The notes below the pieces were generated by a model. That model was not told the origin of the DNA. It saw only the letters and a program-made list of their open reading frames with translations, and did not search any database. Made by a program: the position numbers and the translations under genes. Shown piece by piece: positions 41,967 through 52,449 of a stretch of 64,000 nucleotides of DNA (positions within the stretch are counted from its first letter, which is position 1; each line of letters begins with the position of its first letter). Origin of the DNA: Acidobacteriota bacterium (lineage in GTDB: Bacteria > Acidobacteriota > Thermoanaerobaculia > Multivoradales > JAGPDF01); contig JBDTNL010000009.1 in the NCBI GenBank assembly GCA_039933785.1, forward strand, positions 8,964 through 72,963, in the 5' to 3' direction.

Positions 41967-44610
41967 GCGCATTTACTCACGTCTGCTGTCGCTCTTTCCT
42001 GGCGAGTTCAGGGCCGAGTACGGCGAGGAAATGGCCGACCTCGCGCGCGAGCGTAGTCGGCGGGAGAGGCCGCTGGGACTCCTCTTGGTCCTGCTCCTGG
42101 ATGCGCTGAAGACCGCCCCTCGCGAGCACCTGATCCTGTGGTCGAGCGAGGTCCGGGTGGCCTTTCGCGGCCTCCGCCGGAGGCCGGGCTTCACTATGGT
42201 CGCGGCGGGATCGCTGGCGATCGGTTTGGGCGCGAGTGCGGCCATCTTCTGCGTCGCCGACGCGATTCTGTTGCGACCCCTGCCGATCGACCATCCGGAG
42301 CGCGTCGTTTCGTTGCGCAGTCAGTCCGAGGATTCTCCCATCGGGGTGTCGTTCCAAAGTGTCTCCTATCCCGACTACGCGGACTTGCGGCTTCGGAGTC
42401 GATCGTTTTCTGGCCTCGTCGCCTTCCAGACCGCGAGCGTTGCACTCGCTCCGCAGCCCGACTCGGCGGCGCGCCTGACCCTCGGCCTGCTGGTGAGCGA
42501 CAACTTCTTTTCGACGCTGGGTGTCGAGCCGCGACTTGGGCGAGGGTTCCGTCCCGATGAGAACGCAGTGCCGGGCCGCGACGCCGTGGCCGTGTTGAGC
42601 GACGGCACGTGGCGGAACGCCTTCGCGGGCGATCCCGAGATCGTGGGCAAGACCGTGCGCCTGAACGGAGTGACCTTCACGGTCGTCGGCGTGACGCCGC
42701 CGAAGTTCACCAGCATCGACCCCTTCGTGCGCCCCGCCGTTTATGTGCCCCTGATGATGGCGCCGATGGTGTCGGGTGCGGGTGGAAAACGCATGCTCGA
42801 GGCGCGAGATGCGCGGAGCCTTGCGGTCAAGGGCCGCCTCCTTCCCGGTGTGAGCCCGCGACAGGCCGAGGCCGAATCGAAGGCGATCGCCGTCGATCTC
42901 GCTCGAAGCTATCCGGCCACCAACCACGATCAATCGCTCGCGGTGCGCACCGAGCTCGCCGCCCGCATCGAGAGCTCGCCCGGCGACGCCCGCATGGTGA
43001 CCTTGCTGGTGGGGCTCGTCCTGCTGGTCATGCTCATCGCCTGCGCCAACGTGGCGAGCCTGCTGCTCAGTCGAGCCGGCACACGGAGCGCAGAGCTGGC
43101 TCTACGAACGGCGATCGGAGCGAGCCCGATGCGAGTCGTGCGTCAGCTGCTGACTGAGAGCCTGTTGCTGGCGCTCCTCGGCGCGGTCATGGGAGCAGCG
43201 GTTGCCGGCGCGGGGGTCCGACTGTTCTCGCACATGGCACCACCGACCGATCTGCCGATCGAAGTCACGATTCGACTGGACTCTCGTGTCCTCGCCTGCG
43301 GCTTGGTACTTGCGGCCGGCAGCGTCCTCCTGTTCGGATTGATTCCGGCGCTGCGCGCGGCGCGATCGAACCTGGTTCGCGACCTCAAGAGCGGCGATGC
43401 GGGACCAGGTGCGGATGGCCGAATCCCGCGTCTGCTCGGCCGGCAGGTCCTGGTCATCGTACAGGTTGCCCTGTCCCTCACACTGCTGGTTGCCGCCGCG
43501 TCTCTATTGGGGAGCTTCCGGCGCTATCTGAGTAGCGATCCCGGATTTCGCCGCGCAGGGGTCTACATGTTGAGCTTGGACCCGACGGTCCTTCAGTACC
43601 CCGCCGATCGCGTTGCGGACTTCTACCATCAACTTTCGGGGCGAGTCGCGACGCTTCCCGGTGTTGAAAGCGCCACGCTCTCCTACGGCGTGCCTTTTGG
43701 CGATCGCTTCGAGTTCTTGAACCTGGTGCCGCAGGGCGAAACGTTGCCCGCGGGCAAGAAAGCGTTGTCAGTGCTGGGTGCGACCGTGGACGAGCACTAC
43801 TTCTCGACCCTGCTCGTGCCGATCGTTTCCGGACGCGACTTCCTGAACCAAGACACGGAACGATCGCCCCGCGTGGTCATCGTCAACCAGGAGTTCGAGC
43901 GCCGCCATTGGCCGGGCGGCTCGGCGCTCGGGAAACGCATTCGCTTGGCGGACGAAGGCGCCGGGGTGGAGGCCGAGGTCGTCGGCGTCGCGCGCACTCA
44001 CCGCTACTTGTGGGTGGGAGAGACTCCGCGCGAGTTCGTTTATCTCCCGTTCGCACAGTCGAAGCGCCAGCGCATGACGCTCTTGGTCGCCACAACTGGT
44101 GATCCGGCCAGCATCGGGCCCGCCCTCCGGTCCGTGGTGCGAACGGTTGACCCCAACGTCCCGATGCTCGACGCCTCGACTATGGAGGACTTCTTCGCCA
44201 TCCGTGCCGTGAATCTCTCCAACACCCTGGTCGAGGCCGTGTCCGCTATGGGTCTGGCAGGCTTCGCGCTGGCACTCGTCGGCCTGTTTGGGCTGATGAG
44301 CTCGACCGTGACGCGGCGGCTGCGCGAGATCGGAGTGCGCATGGCGATCGGCGCCACTCGTCATTCGGTGTCGAACATGGTCGTGCGCGAGGGCCTGTGG
44401 CTGGTGATGGCGGGCGTGCTGCTGGGGGTCGCGGGGGGAGCCGGCGTGCTGGTGTTGCTTACCGGACTCGTGGAAGGAACCCGGCTTGACGATCCGCTTC
44501 TGTTTCTACTGCTGCCGCTCTGCCTGGTCGCGACGGCGACTCTGGCTCTGGTGCAGCCGGCGCGTCGCGCGGCTGCGGTCGACCCGGTGGTCACTCTGCG
44601 ACAGTCTTAA
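41941..44610 (+). CDS. ADOP-type duplicated MacB/FtsX-like permease
   Basis: Two MacB periplasmic/FtsX halves, LIACANVA.LLL.R, EIGVRMAIGA, RRAA.VDP...LR; adjacent to padR with no ABC ATPase gene. Confidence 0.9.
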   Translation: MGSLRNAVERIYSRLLSLFPGEFRAEYGEEMADLARERSRRERPLGLLLVLLLDALKTAPREHLILWSSEVRVAFRGLRRRPGFTMVAAGSLAIGLGASAAIFCVADAILLRPLPIDHPERVVSLRSQSEDSPIGVSFQSVSYPDYADLRLRSRSFSGLVAFQTASVALAPQPDSAARLTLGLLVSDNFFSTLGVEPRLGRGFRPDENAVPGRDAVAVLSDGTWRNAFAGDPEIVGKTVRLNGVTFTVVGVTPPKFTSIDPFVRPAVYVPLMMAPMVSGAGGKRMLEARDARSLAVKGRLLPGVSPRQAEAESKAIAVDLARSYPATNHDQSLAVRTELAARIESSPGDARMVTLLVGLVLLVMLIACANVASLLLSRAGTRSAELALRTAIGASPMRVVRQLLTESLLLALLGAVMGAAVAGAGVRLFSHMAPPTDLPIEVTIRLDSRVLACGLVLAAGSVLLFGLIPALRAARSNLVRDLKSGDAGPGADGRIPRLLGRQVLVIVQVALSLTLLVAAASLLGSFRRYLSSDPGFRRAGVYMLSLDPTVLQYPADRVADFYHQLSGRVATLPGVESATLSYGVPFGDRFEFLNLVPQGETLPAGKKALSVLGATVDEHYFSTLLVPIVSGRDFLNQDTERSPRVVIVNQEFERRHWPGGSALGKRIRLADEGAGVEAEVVGVARTHRYLWVGETPREFVYLPFAQSKRQRMTLLVATTGDPASIGPALRSVVRTVDPNVPMLDASTMEDFFAIRAVNLSNTLVEAVSAMGLAGFALALVGLFGLMSSTVTRRLREIGVRMAIGATRHSVSNMVVREGLWLVMAGVLLGVAGGAGVLVLLTGLVEGTRLDDPLLFLLLPLCLVATATLALVQPARRAAAVDPVVTLRQS

Positions 44611-45248
44611 GCTCTAGCGCGCCGCGAGCGCAGGATCTCGACGATCGCCGGCAGGATCGAAACGAAGATCACCGCCAGAATCACCAGCGAGAAGTTCTTC
44701 TGCACGAACGGCAGATTGCCGAAGAAATAGCCGGCGAGGGTGCAGACCAGGACCCAGAGCGCGCCGCCGGCGAGGCTGAAGGCGAGGAATCTCGAGTAGC
44801 GCATGCTGCCGACCCCGGCGACGAACGGCGCGAACGTCCGCACGATCGGCACGAAGCGCGCCATGACTAACGTCTTGCCGCCGTATTTCTCGTAGAACGC
44901 GTGGGTGCGATCGAGGTGCTGTTGCTTGACGAACGGCACCTTGCCGCCGCCGGCGAGCTTCGGTCCGAGCAGATAGCCGACGGCGTAGTTGACGTTGTCG
45001 CCCAGCACGGCGGCGGCGAAGAGGCCGGGGATCAACCAGTCGAGTCGCATCGCGCCGGCTCCGGCGAAGGCCCCGGCCGCGAACAGGAGCGAGTCGCCGG
45101 GCAGGAACGGCGTGACGACCAGCCCGGTTTCGCAGAAAACGGTGAGAAACAGCAGGCCATACGTCCACGCGCCGTAGGTCTCGAGGATGGCCTTGAGATG
45201 CGTATCGAGGTGGAGGAAGAGATCCACCGCTTTGTGCAGGAGCTCCAT
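44607..45248 (-). CDS. dedA: DedA family membrane protein
   Basis: ETGLVVTPFLPGDSLLF, YGGKT..MARFVP.VRTFAPFVAG. Confidence 0.93.
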   Translation of the reverse strand: MELLHKAVDLFLHLDTHLKAILETYGAWTYGLLFLTVFCETGLVVTPFLPGDSLLFAAGAFAGAGAMRLDWLIPGLFAAAVLGDNVNYAVGYLLGPKLAGGGKVPFVKQQHLDRTHAFYEKYGGKTLVMARFVPIVRTFAPFVAGVGSMRYSRFLAFSLAGGALWVLVCTLAGYFFGNLPFVQKNFSLVILAVIFVSILPAIVEILRSRRARA

Positions 45249-45264
45249 AGAGCCGGCTACGGTA

Positions 45265-45825
45265 TCACTTGGGCCAGAGCCACCCGAAGGTCCCCGCTGT
45301 CAGCAGGGCGTAGATCAGGCCGTCGAAGACCGAGAGCAGGGTGGTGCTCCAGCGGCGCCGGTACCAGATTGAAAACTGCAGGAGCGCCAGCGCATACCCG
45401 AGGAAGGCCGTGGTGCCCACGAAGCGGAAGACTTCGAGGTATTGCGCTCCGGGAGCGAGTGCGTGGCCGGTGAGATAGGCCGCGAAGACCCCGACCACCA
45501 GCGAATACACGAACCAGAGCAGCATCGCCGAGCCCATCGCATATTGGCCCTTGGGACCAACCGTCATGGTGGCGACCGGCCCGGCGTCCATCTTGGCCTT
45601 GAACGCGGGATCCTTCATCGCCGCCATCGAGGAGGCGTGCGGAAGGCTGTAGTCGCCGGGCGGAATTTCGAACGGTCGCAGCGCCGCCATGATCTCGTCC
45701 TCCTTGGCGAGGGTCTGAAAATCGTTGGCGTGATAGCCGAGCGCCATGTGGATGATCGAGCTCGCGAGGAAGACGATAACGGCGGAGAGCGCGATCGGGA
45801 GCCAAAGCGAGAGCAGGGACACCAT
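45265..45825 (-). CDS. Hypothetical membrane protein (about 4 TM helices)
   Basis: 186-aa ORF with GGAGG RBS and hydrophobic helices. Confidence 0.75.
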   Translation of the reverse strand: MVSLLSLWLPIALSAVIVFLASSIIHMALGYHANDFQTLAKEDEIMAALRPFEIPPGDYSLPHASSMAAMKDPAFKAKMDAGPVATMTVGPKGQYAMGSAMLLWFVYSLVVGVFAAYLTGHALAPGAQYLEVFRFVGTTAFLGYALALLQFSIWYRRRWSTTLLSVFDGLIYALLTAGTFGWLWPK

Positions 45826-45984
45826 GGGGAGCCTCCTTTTTTGCCGCGGGTTGTTGGTCGCCAGGCCCGCACTGTACCGCGAGACCTGGAGAACCGCACC
45901 TGCCGGCGCACGGCTTGACCCTCGCGTGTTGTGGCCCCCCCGATGCTCTGTGAGACTGCGAGTGCCGGTTTCCGGGGGTACGTG

Positions 45985-48720
45985 ATGGCGCGAGGACGTA
46001 GAGATTGGGATGTCTCGATGGCCGGGGTGGCATTGTTGCTGGCCGGCTTTTTCGGTGGCGCGCCGGCTGAAGCCGAACCGCGCCTGGTGGCCGACCTCAA
46101 TACGGCGCCCGGCCAGCTGCTTGTCGGCCCGGGCGGTCGAGGGTTAGAGCACGACGGCATCGAGTATTTCCCGGCCGCCGACGCCCAGCACGGAGGCGAG
46201 CTCTGGCGCTCGGACGGCAGCGCCGCCGGCACCTATCGCTTGACCGACGTCTGCCCCGGGGTTTGCACCAGCGCCGTGGCACCGGTTTTCTACGCCAATG
46301 GGTTGGTCTATTTCACCGCGACCGATGGCGAGCGCGGTAGCGAAATCTGGCGCACCGACGGGACGCCGGGGGCCGAAGAGTTGTTCGTCGACCTCTGCCA
46401 AGGTCCGTGCAGCACGGACGCCCTAGGATTCATCGAATGGAAGGGGACGTTTTGGTTCGTGGTCAACCCGACCGGAGCGGGCCCCGCGCTCTGGCGGACC
46501 GACGGAACTGCTGAGGGCACGCAAGTGGTTGCCGAGTTGTGTTCCGATCTGTCGATTTGCGGCCTCGATGCCAACTCGCAGACGTTCCTCGGATTGCCCG
46601 ACCCTTCCGATCAAGGACTGCTCCTCACCGTCTATCGCAGCGATCTGCCGGCGATCTTCCGCACCGACGGCACCGCGACGGGAACCGTCCTCTTGCACCA
46701 GATGGCTCCGAGGAGTACGCCGCTCTTCCAGGCCGCGCCCCGGGCCGCCCGGACAGGCAACTCCGACCGGTTGTACTTTCTGGATGGCGACGTGCTCTGG
46801 GTGAGCGACGGCACGGTTGCCGGCACCCATGCCGTGCGCGACATCGCGCCCTTGGTGCAACAGGTCTACATCCAGTCGAGCAAGGTGGTCGATGGGGTCT
46901 TCTATGCGACCTTCGGCTACGGCGAGTGGCTCCGTTCGGACGGCACCGAGGGTGGCACTCAGGTGCTGGCGCAGGTCGCGCCGGCTTCGACTCCGATCCT
47001 CGCCAGCCTCGGCGGATTCGTCTATGCGGTGACGACCGACGGTATATGGCGCACTGCGGGAACGCCCTCAACGACGACCAAGGTGGCTCCGCTTCATGGC
47101 TACGTGCTGTCAGTCCTCGAGCAGCCTCAGCGTCTCTTCATCGTGATCTATGTCGACGCTCCGGTCCTCTGGACGAGCGACGGCACCGCCGCGGGGACTC
47201 GGCCCGTGACCCGCGGGGTCGACGCGTCCCCAATCAACACCTTCAATGGCGGAATTCTGTTCGCCGGGCCCTCGAGTGCGCTCTGGAAGGTCGGCCCAGC
47301 CGGTGTGTCGGCGGAGAGGCTGCACGAGTTTCAGCCGGCCGACGGCCCCTCGGGCCCGCGTGGACAGGCGGTGGTCGGGCGGCACCTACTGATGTACTCC
47401 CAGGTCGGCCCGGGGAACACGCGGTTGATGTCCTCGGACGGCACTACCCATGGCACTGTCGAGGTTAGCTCCGCCGTACGGGAGCCCATCGACAGCCTCG
47501 ACGAGCCGCGCGAGCACGATTTCACCGTGGTGGGCTCGCGCGCGTTCTTCTCCGCCAACCGCCGATTTTGGGCCACCGATGGCTCCAGGCTGGGCACTCG
47601 CGCGCTGCAGAAGCGATCGGGTGGCCTCGGTTCCGCCGTCCCGATCGCCGCGGTGGGTGATGGCTTGTTGTTCTCTGGCCATACCGGAAGCGCCGTGCAC
47701 TGCGATCCGGGTGAGAGCGAGCCCTGGATGACCGATGGAACGCGACTCGGGACGCGTCGAATCGTCGACCTCAACCCATTCCTGACGCTCGCCAACTCGC
47801 CGCCCTGCGATGACGTGACGCTCTCCTCGGAGCCGGGCCCGGGAGTGGGTCTCGGGGGCCTGGCTTTCTTCGCTGCCGACGATCTCATCCACGGGCGAGA
47901 GCTCTTCGCCACCGACGGCACAACGAGCGGAACCCGTCTAGTCGCCGACATCAATCTCGGGCAGGTGCCCAACACGGTGACCGACCCCGACGTATCCCCG
48001 CACGCTCCGGAGGTGATCGGGTTGGGTTCGTCGCCCTCCGATTTCGCCCGCCTCGGCAGCTCGGTGCTCTTCGTGGCCGACGACGGCCGGACGGGTCGAG
48101 AGCTCTGGATCACCAATGGGCGGCGCCGTGGTACCCATCGGATTGCCGACCTCGCGCTGGGCCCGGAAAGCTCGTCGCCGCGGAGCCTCGTGACCATGGG
48201 GGGCTTGGTGTACTTCTTCGCTCGGCACGACGGTACTGAGGCCTTGTATCGCACCGACGGCACGGGCGGAGGTACCCGGTTGGTGAGCACGCTCGAGCTC
48301 GACGGCGCGCTCTCGCTGCCCGAGACCTTGGTCGCGGTGGGCGACAAAGTGTTCTTCTCCGCCTGGAACCGATCAACCGGCAAGGAGCTCTGGACCAGCC
48401 AGGGCACGGTCGAATCCACCCGGATGGTGGTGAACCTGCGGCTGGGTGAACGTGGCTCGAGCCCGCAGAACCTGGCGGCTGCGGGTGGAGTCCTGGTCTT
48501 TGCCGCAGAAGACGGCGCGTCGGGCATGGAGCCGTGGCGAAGCGATGGCACCGCCGACGGCACGTTCCGGCTTGGCGACATCGCCGCCGGATCGGCCGCG
48601 AGCAATCCGGGCCCGTTCTCGGTCGTCGATGGCCAGGTTCTGTTCGGGGTCGACGACGGAATCCACGGTCGGGAGTTGTGGTCCATACCGCTCGCCGAGC
48701 TTGCAGACCGCCTTCGCTGA
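45985..48720 (+). CDS. Secreted ELWxxDGT-repeat protein (start uncertain: 45985 or 46018)
   Basis: Signal peptide (AEA), HG.ELWRSDG..AGT repeats throughout. Confidence 0.85.
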   Translation: MARGRRDWDVSMAGVALLLAGFFGGAPAEAEPRLVADLNTAPGQLLVGPGGRGLEHDGIEYFPAADAQHGGELWRSDGSAAGTYRLTDVCPGVCTSAVAPVFYANGLVYFTATDGERGSEIWRTDGTPGAEELFVDLCQGPCSTDALGFIEWKGTFWFVVNPTGAGPALWRTDGTAEGTQVVAELCSDLSICGLDANSQTFLGLPDPSDQGLLLTVYRSDLPAIFRTDGTATGTVLLHQMAPRSTPLFQAAPRAARTGNSDRLYFLDGDVLWVSDGTVAGTHAVRDIAPLVQQVYIQSSKVVDGVFYATFGYGEWLRSDGTEGGTQVLAQVAPASTPILASLGGFVYAVTTDGIWRTAGTPSTTTKVAPLHGYVLSVLEQPQRLFIVIYVDAPVLWTSDGTAAGTRPVTRGVDASPINTFNGGILFAGPSSALWKVGPAGVSAERLHEFQPADGPSGPRGQAVVGRHLLMYSQVGPGNTRLMSSDGTTHGTVEVSSAVREPIDSLDEPREHDFTVVGSRAFFSANRRFWATDGSRLGTRALQKRSGGLGSAVPIAAVGDGLLFSGHTGSAVHCDPGESEPWMTDGTRLGTRRIVDLNPFLTLANSPPCDDVTLSSEPGPGVGLGGLAFFAADDLIHGRELFATDGTTSGTRLVADINLGQVPNTVTDPDVSPHAPEVIGLGSSPSDFARLGSSVLFVADDGRTGRELWITNGRRRGTHRIADLALGPESSSPRSLVTMGGLVYFFARHDGTEALYRTDGTGGGTRLVSTLELDGALSLPETLVAVGDKVFFSAWNRSTGKELWTSQGTVESTRMVVNLRLGERGSSPQNLAAAGGVLVFAAEDGASGMEPWRSDGTADGTFRLGDIAAGSAASNPGPFSVVDGQVLFGVDDGIHGRELWSIPLAELADRLR

Positions 48721-48810
48721 GCCCAGATTGGGCCTGCTGCATTGCTTTAGCCCAGTCCCTTTGCAAGACTGCGGCGAACCGCAACAGTCCCTATTCGCTC
48801 GGGAGGACAG

Positions 48811-50592
48811 ATGTTCCAGGGCATCTTCCGCAGGAAGTCGTTGAACGCGATTCTGTCCTCGGCCGAGGAGGGGCAGGGCTTCACTACCCTCAAACGGTCG
48901 CTGGGCGCCTTTCAACTGACGCTCTTGGGCATCGGCGCCATCATCGGCGCCGGCATCTTCTCGACCGTCGGCACCGCGGCGGCGGGCGGCGCCGATCACC
49001 CGGGCGCCGGTCCGGCGATCATTCTGTCGTTCGTGCTCACGGCCATCACTTGCGGCTTCGCCGCTCTGTGCTATGCCGAGTTCACTTCGATGGTGCCGAT
49101 CTCCGGCTCGGCCTACACGTACGCCTACGCGACGCTAGGCGAGCTGATCGGTTGGATCATCGGCTGGGACCTGATCATCGAGTACGCGGTCGGCAACGTC
49201 GCGGTGGCGATTTCCTGGTCGGGGTACTTCCAGGAGCTGATGCGCGGCTTCGGGATCTCCTTCCCTGCCTGGCTCGCGACCGACTATCGAAGCGCCGCTC
49301 AGGCGGCCCGGCAGGTGGCGGAGGGGGCCGCGGCGGGAACGCCGGTGATCGATGGCGCGATCCTCCAGGGCGCGGAGGCGCTGGCGAAGGCGCCGCACTT
49401 CCTGGGCCTTCCGATGGTATTCAACCTCCCGGCCTTCCTGATCGTCATGCTCGTCACCTGGGTGCTGGTGGTAGGTATTCGCGAGAGCGCCTGGTTCAAT
49501 TCATCGATGGTGATCCTGAAGCTCGCCATCATCACGTTCTTCATCGCCATGGGCTCCTACTATGTGAAGCCGGCGAACTGGCATCCCTTCGCGCCCAATG
49601 GGATGCACGGCGTCTTCGGCGCCGCGGCGATCATCTTCTTCGCCTATATCGGCTTCGACGCGGTGTCAACGGCGGCCGAGGAAGCAAAGAACCCCGGCCG
49701 CGATCTGCCACGCGCCATTCTTGGTAGCCTGGTGGTCTGCACCGTGATCTACATCGCGGTCGCTGCGGTGCTGACAGGCATGCTGCCGTGGCAGCAGCTC
49801 GGCACCGCCGAACCTCTGGCAACCGCCTTCTCCGCCCTGAATCTCAGGTGGCCCGCGCTGGTGATCTCGCTCGGTGCGGTGTTCGCCACGACCTCGGTGC
49901 TGATCGTGTTCCAGCTCGGCCAGCCGCGCATCTTCTTCTCCATGGCGCGCGACGGTCTGCTGCCCAAGTGGGCCGCCAAGGTGCATCCCAAGTACCGCAC
50001 GCCGTACATCACTACCATCATCACCGGGGTGCTGGTGGGGGTATTCGCTGGGGTCGCCAACATCAACGAGGTGGTCGAGCTGACCAATATCGGTACGCTC
50101 TTTGCGTTCGTGCTGGTGTGCTTCGGCGTCACCATCCTGCGCTATCGCGAACCCGATCGGCCGCGCACTTTCAAGGTCTGGGGTGGCGCGTGGCTGGTGC
50201 CGATGCTCGGCGCCGCCTCCTGTCTCTTCCTGATGTTCTACTTGCCGCCGGCTTCCTGGTGGCGCTTCTTCGGCTGGCTGGTCCTCGGCATGTCGGTCTA
50301 CTTTTCCTACGGCTATCAGAACAGCACGGTGGGTAGGGAAGGCGGTCGGCCAGCCTTCGCGACCGGTCCGCAGAAACTGCTGGCCTTCGGTACGTTCCTC
50401 GTCGCCTGCGGGCTGTTCGTCATTCCCCACGATGCAGGTCCGCTGCAGCTCTTCCACGAGATGGTGACCCGCGCCGAGGGCGACCACACGCGAGCCCTGG
50501 TCGGTCTGTCCTTGATCGGCATCGGACTGCTGGGCGCGATCGCCGGCGCCCTCGGCGGCTCGAGCGGTGACGGGAGAGCCGCGGCTCGCTGA
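48811..50592 (+). CDS. APC family amino acid permease (CAT-like) with C-terminal extension
   Basis: GIGAIIGAGIF, CYAEF..M.P.SGSAYTY, FFAYIGFDAV, ARDGLLP; two extra TM helices at the C-terminus. Confidence 0.92.
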   Translation: MFQGIFRRKSLNAILSSAEEGQGFTTLKRSLGAFQLTLLGIGAIIGAGIFSTVGTAAAGGADHPGAGPAIILSFVLTAITCGFAALCYAEFTSMVPISGSAYTYAYATLGELIGWIIGWDLIIEYAVGNVAVAISWSGYFQELMRGFGISFPAWLATDYRSAAQAARQVAEGAAAGTPVIDGAILQGAEALAKAPHFLGLPMVFNLPAFLIVMLVTWVLVVGIRESAWFNSSMVILKLAIITFFIAMGSYYVKPANWHPFAPNGMHGVFGAAAIIFFAYIGFDAVSTAAEEAKNPGRDLPRAILGSLVVCTVIYIAVAAVLTGMLPWQQLGTAEPLATAFSALNLRWPALVISLGAVFATTSVLIVFQLGQPRIFFSMARDGLLPKWAAKVHPKYRTPYITTIITGVLVGVFAGVANINEVVELTNIGTLFAFVLVCFGVTILRYREPDRPRTFKVWGGAWLVPMLGAASCLFLMFYLPPASWWRFFGWLVLGMSVYFSYGYQNSTVGREGGRPAFATGPQKLLAFGTFLVACGLFVIPHDAGPLQLFHEMVTRAEGDHTRALVGLSLIGIGLLGAIAGALGGSSGDGRAAAR

Positions 50593-52072
50593 CGTGCCGG
50601 CTCCTGACCTACGGCGCGAGCTCACGCTACTCGTCCTCTCGCGCTACCCACTGGTGGTGGTCGAGGGGACCGACGAGGCGCGCATCGAGCGCTTGCTGCG
50701 CCAAGTGGCGCGGGATCTCTCGACACCGCTCCTCGAGTGGAGCGCGACGCATGGTCTGCATCGCGAAGACGCTGGAGTGCTCGAAGGCACGACCGATCCG
50801 GCGCGGGCCCTCGAGCGGCTGGCGAACCTGCAAGGCGAGGTCATCGGCCTCTTCAACGACCTGGCACCGTTCCTCGAGCGCCCCGAGATCGCGCGCCGCG
50901 TGCGCGAGCTCGCGAAGAGCTTCGCCGGCGGCCGTAGCACTCTTGTGCTGAGCGGCGTCCAGGTGACGCTTCCCGCCGAGCTCGATCACTGCGCCGCCTG
51001 GGTGCGGCTCGACCCGCCGCTGGAGGACGAGCTCCAGACCGTGGTCCGCACGACCGCCGCCGAGCTTCGCGGGCGCCGTATGACGGTTGAGCTCTCCGAG
51101 GCCGACATCGCGGCGGCGGCGCGCGCTCTCCATGGCCTGGACGCCGACGAGGCGCGCAGGTTGCTGCTCCAGGCCGGCCTTTCGGACGGCCGTCTCGACG
51201 CCTCCGATCTACCTCGATTGCTGCTCGGTAAGCGCCAGCGGCTATCCGCAACTGGCGCCCTCGAGTGGCGGGACACCCACGGTGGCCTCTCGACGCTCGG
51301 CGGCGCGCCGCACTTCAAGCGCTGGGCCGCTCTGCGCTGCGAGGCGTTCAGTGAAGAGGCCAAGCGCTTTGGGCTCGACGCCCCGCGCGGCGCGCTCCTC
51401 ACCGGCGTGCCGGGTACCGGGAAAAGCCTGGCCTGCGCCGCGGTGGCGGGCGAGTGGAAACTTCCGTTGCTCTATCTCGACGTCGGCCGCCTCTACCAGA
51501 AGTACGTCGGCGACACCGAGGCCACGCTGCGGCGGTCTCTCGCCACGGCCGAGGCGCTCGCTCCCTCCGTGTTGTGGATCGACGAAGTGGAGAAGGCGCT
51601 CGCCACGGGCCACGGCGGGGAAGACGGCGGCCTGTCGCAGCGCATTCTGGGAACAGTGCTCACTTGGATGCAGGAGCGCAAGGCGCCGGTGTTTATTCTC
51701 GCGACCGCCAACAATCTGGACGCGCTGCCGATCGAGACCGTGCGCCGGGGCCGTTTCGACGAGGTCTTCTTCTTCGACCTGCCGACCGCTGAAGAGCGAC
51801 GCGAGATCTTCGGCTTGCAGCTCGCTCGCCGCGGCCGTGCTCCGGCGGAGTTCGATCTCGAGACGCTGGCCACGGCCGCCGGAAACTTCTCTGGCGCCGA
51901 GATCGAAGGCGCGATCGTGGCCGCGTTGTACCGCGCCTTTGGCGCGCGCAGCCAGTTGACCGCGGACCTGATCCTCGAAGAGATTCGCTTCACACGCCCC
52001 CTGGCCCAGCTCCGGCGGGAAGAAGTCGAGCGCCTGCGCGCCTGGGGACGCCAGCACGCCGTCCCGGCCTGA
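50567..52072 (+). CDS. Ycf46-like AAA+ ATPase
   Basis: Degenerate N-terminal P-loop domain, GVPGTGKS Walker A, LWIDE Walker B, ATAN, RRGRFDE, C-terminal LR.W...A.PA. Confidence 0.85.
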   Translation: MTGEPRLADVPAPDLRRELTLLVLSRYPLVVVEGTDEARIERLLRQVARDLSTPLLEWSATHGLHREDAGVLEGTTDPARALERLANLQGEVIGLFNDLAPFLERPEIARRVRELAKSFAGGRSTLVLSGVQVTLPAELDHCAAWVRLDPPLEDELQTVVRTTAAELRGRRMTVELSEADIAAAARALHGLDADEARRLLLQAGLSDGRLDASDLPRLLLGKRQRLSATGALEWRDTHGGLSTLGGAPHFKRWAALRCEAFSEEAKRFGLDAPRGALLTGVPGTGKSLACAAVAGEWKLPLLYLDVGRLYQKYVGDTEATLRRSLATAEALAPSVLWIDEVEKALATGHGGEDGGLSQRILGTVLTWMQERKAPVFILATANNLDALPIETVRRGRFDEVFFFDLPTAEERREIFGLQLARRGRAPAEFDLETLATAAGNFSGAEIEGAIVAALYRAFGARSQLTADLILEEIRFTRPLAQLRREEVERLRAWGRQHAVPA

Positions 52073-52077
52073 CGGGG

Positions 52078-52449
52078 TCAGAGCGCCTGGATTCGATCCG
52101 GCCAGACGAACCCGGCGCGCGCCCGTGGGCTCCGCAGCACGGACGGCTTCCACCCCAAGAGGTCGGGATTGCGTGCCGCGAATTCTTCCCAGGGCTCCCC
52201 AGGCGCCGCGGTGTTGCGTCGCTCTTCGATCAGGAGCAGGAACGCCCAGGTGATCGTGACGTGGTAGAGCTCAGGCTGGCCTTGCGCCGCGGCATATCGC
52301 CGTAGACTTGCGGTGAATCGGCCCAGGGCCTCGAGAGGGGCGAATCGTTCGAGGTAGATCCAGGCCACCCGAACGTGATCACGATGATGGAGTGTTCCGC
52401 TGGCCAGCGTGCAGGCGTCGAATTCGGCAAGGAATTGTTCGTCATTCAT
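52078..52449 (-). CDS. Hypothetical protein (HHxDHxRxAW...YHxTITWA motif)
   Basis: 123-aa ORF with an ATGA overlap with the upstream gene. Confidence 0.7.
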   Translation of the reverse strand: MNDEQFLAEFDACTLASGTLHHRDHVRVAWIYLERFAPLEALGRFTASLRRYAAAQGQPELYHVTITWAFLLLIEERRNTAAPGEPWEEFAARNPDLLGWKPSVLRSPRARAGFVWPDRIQAL

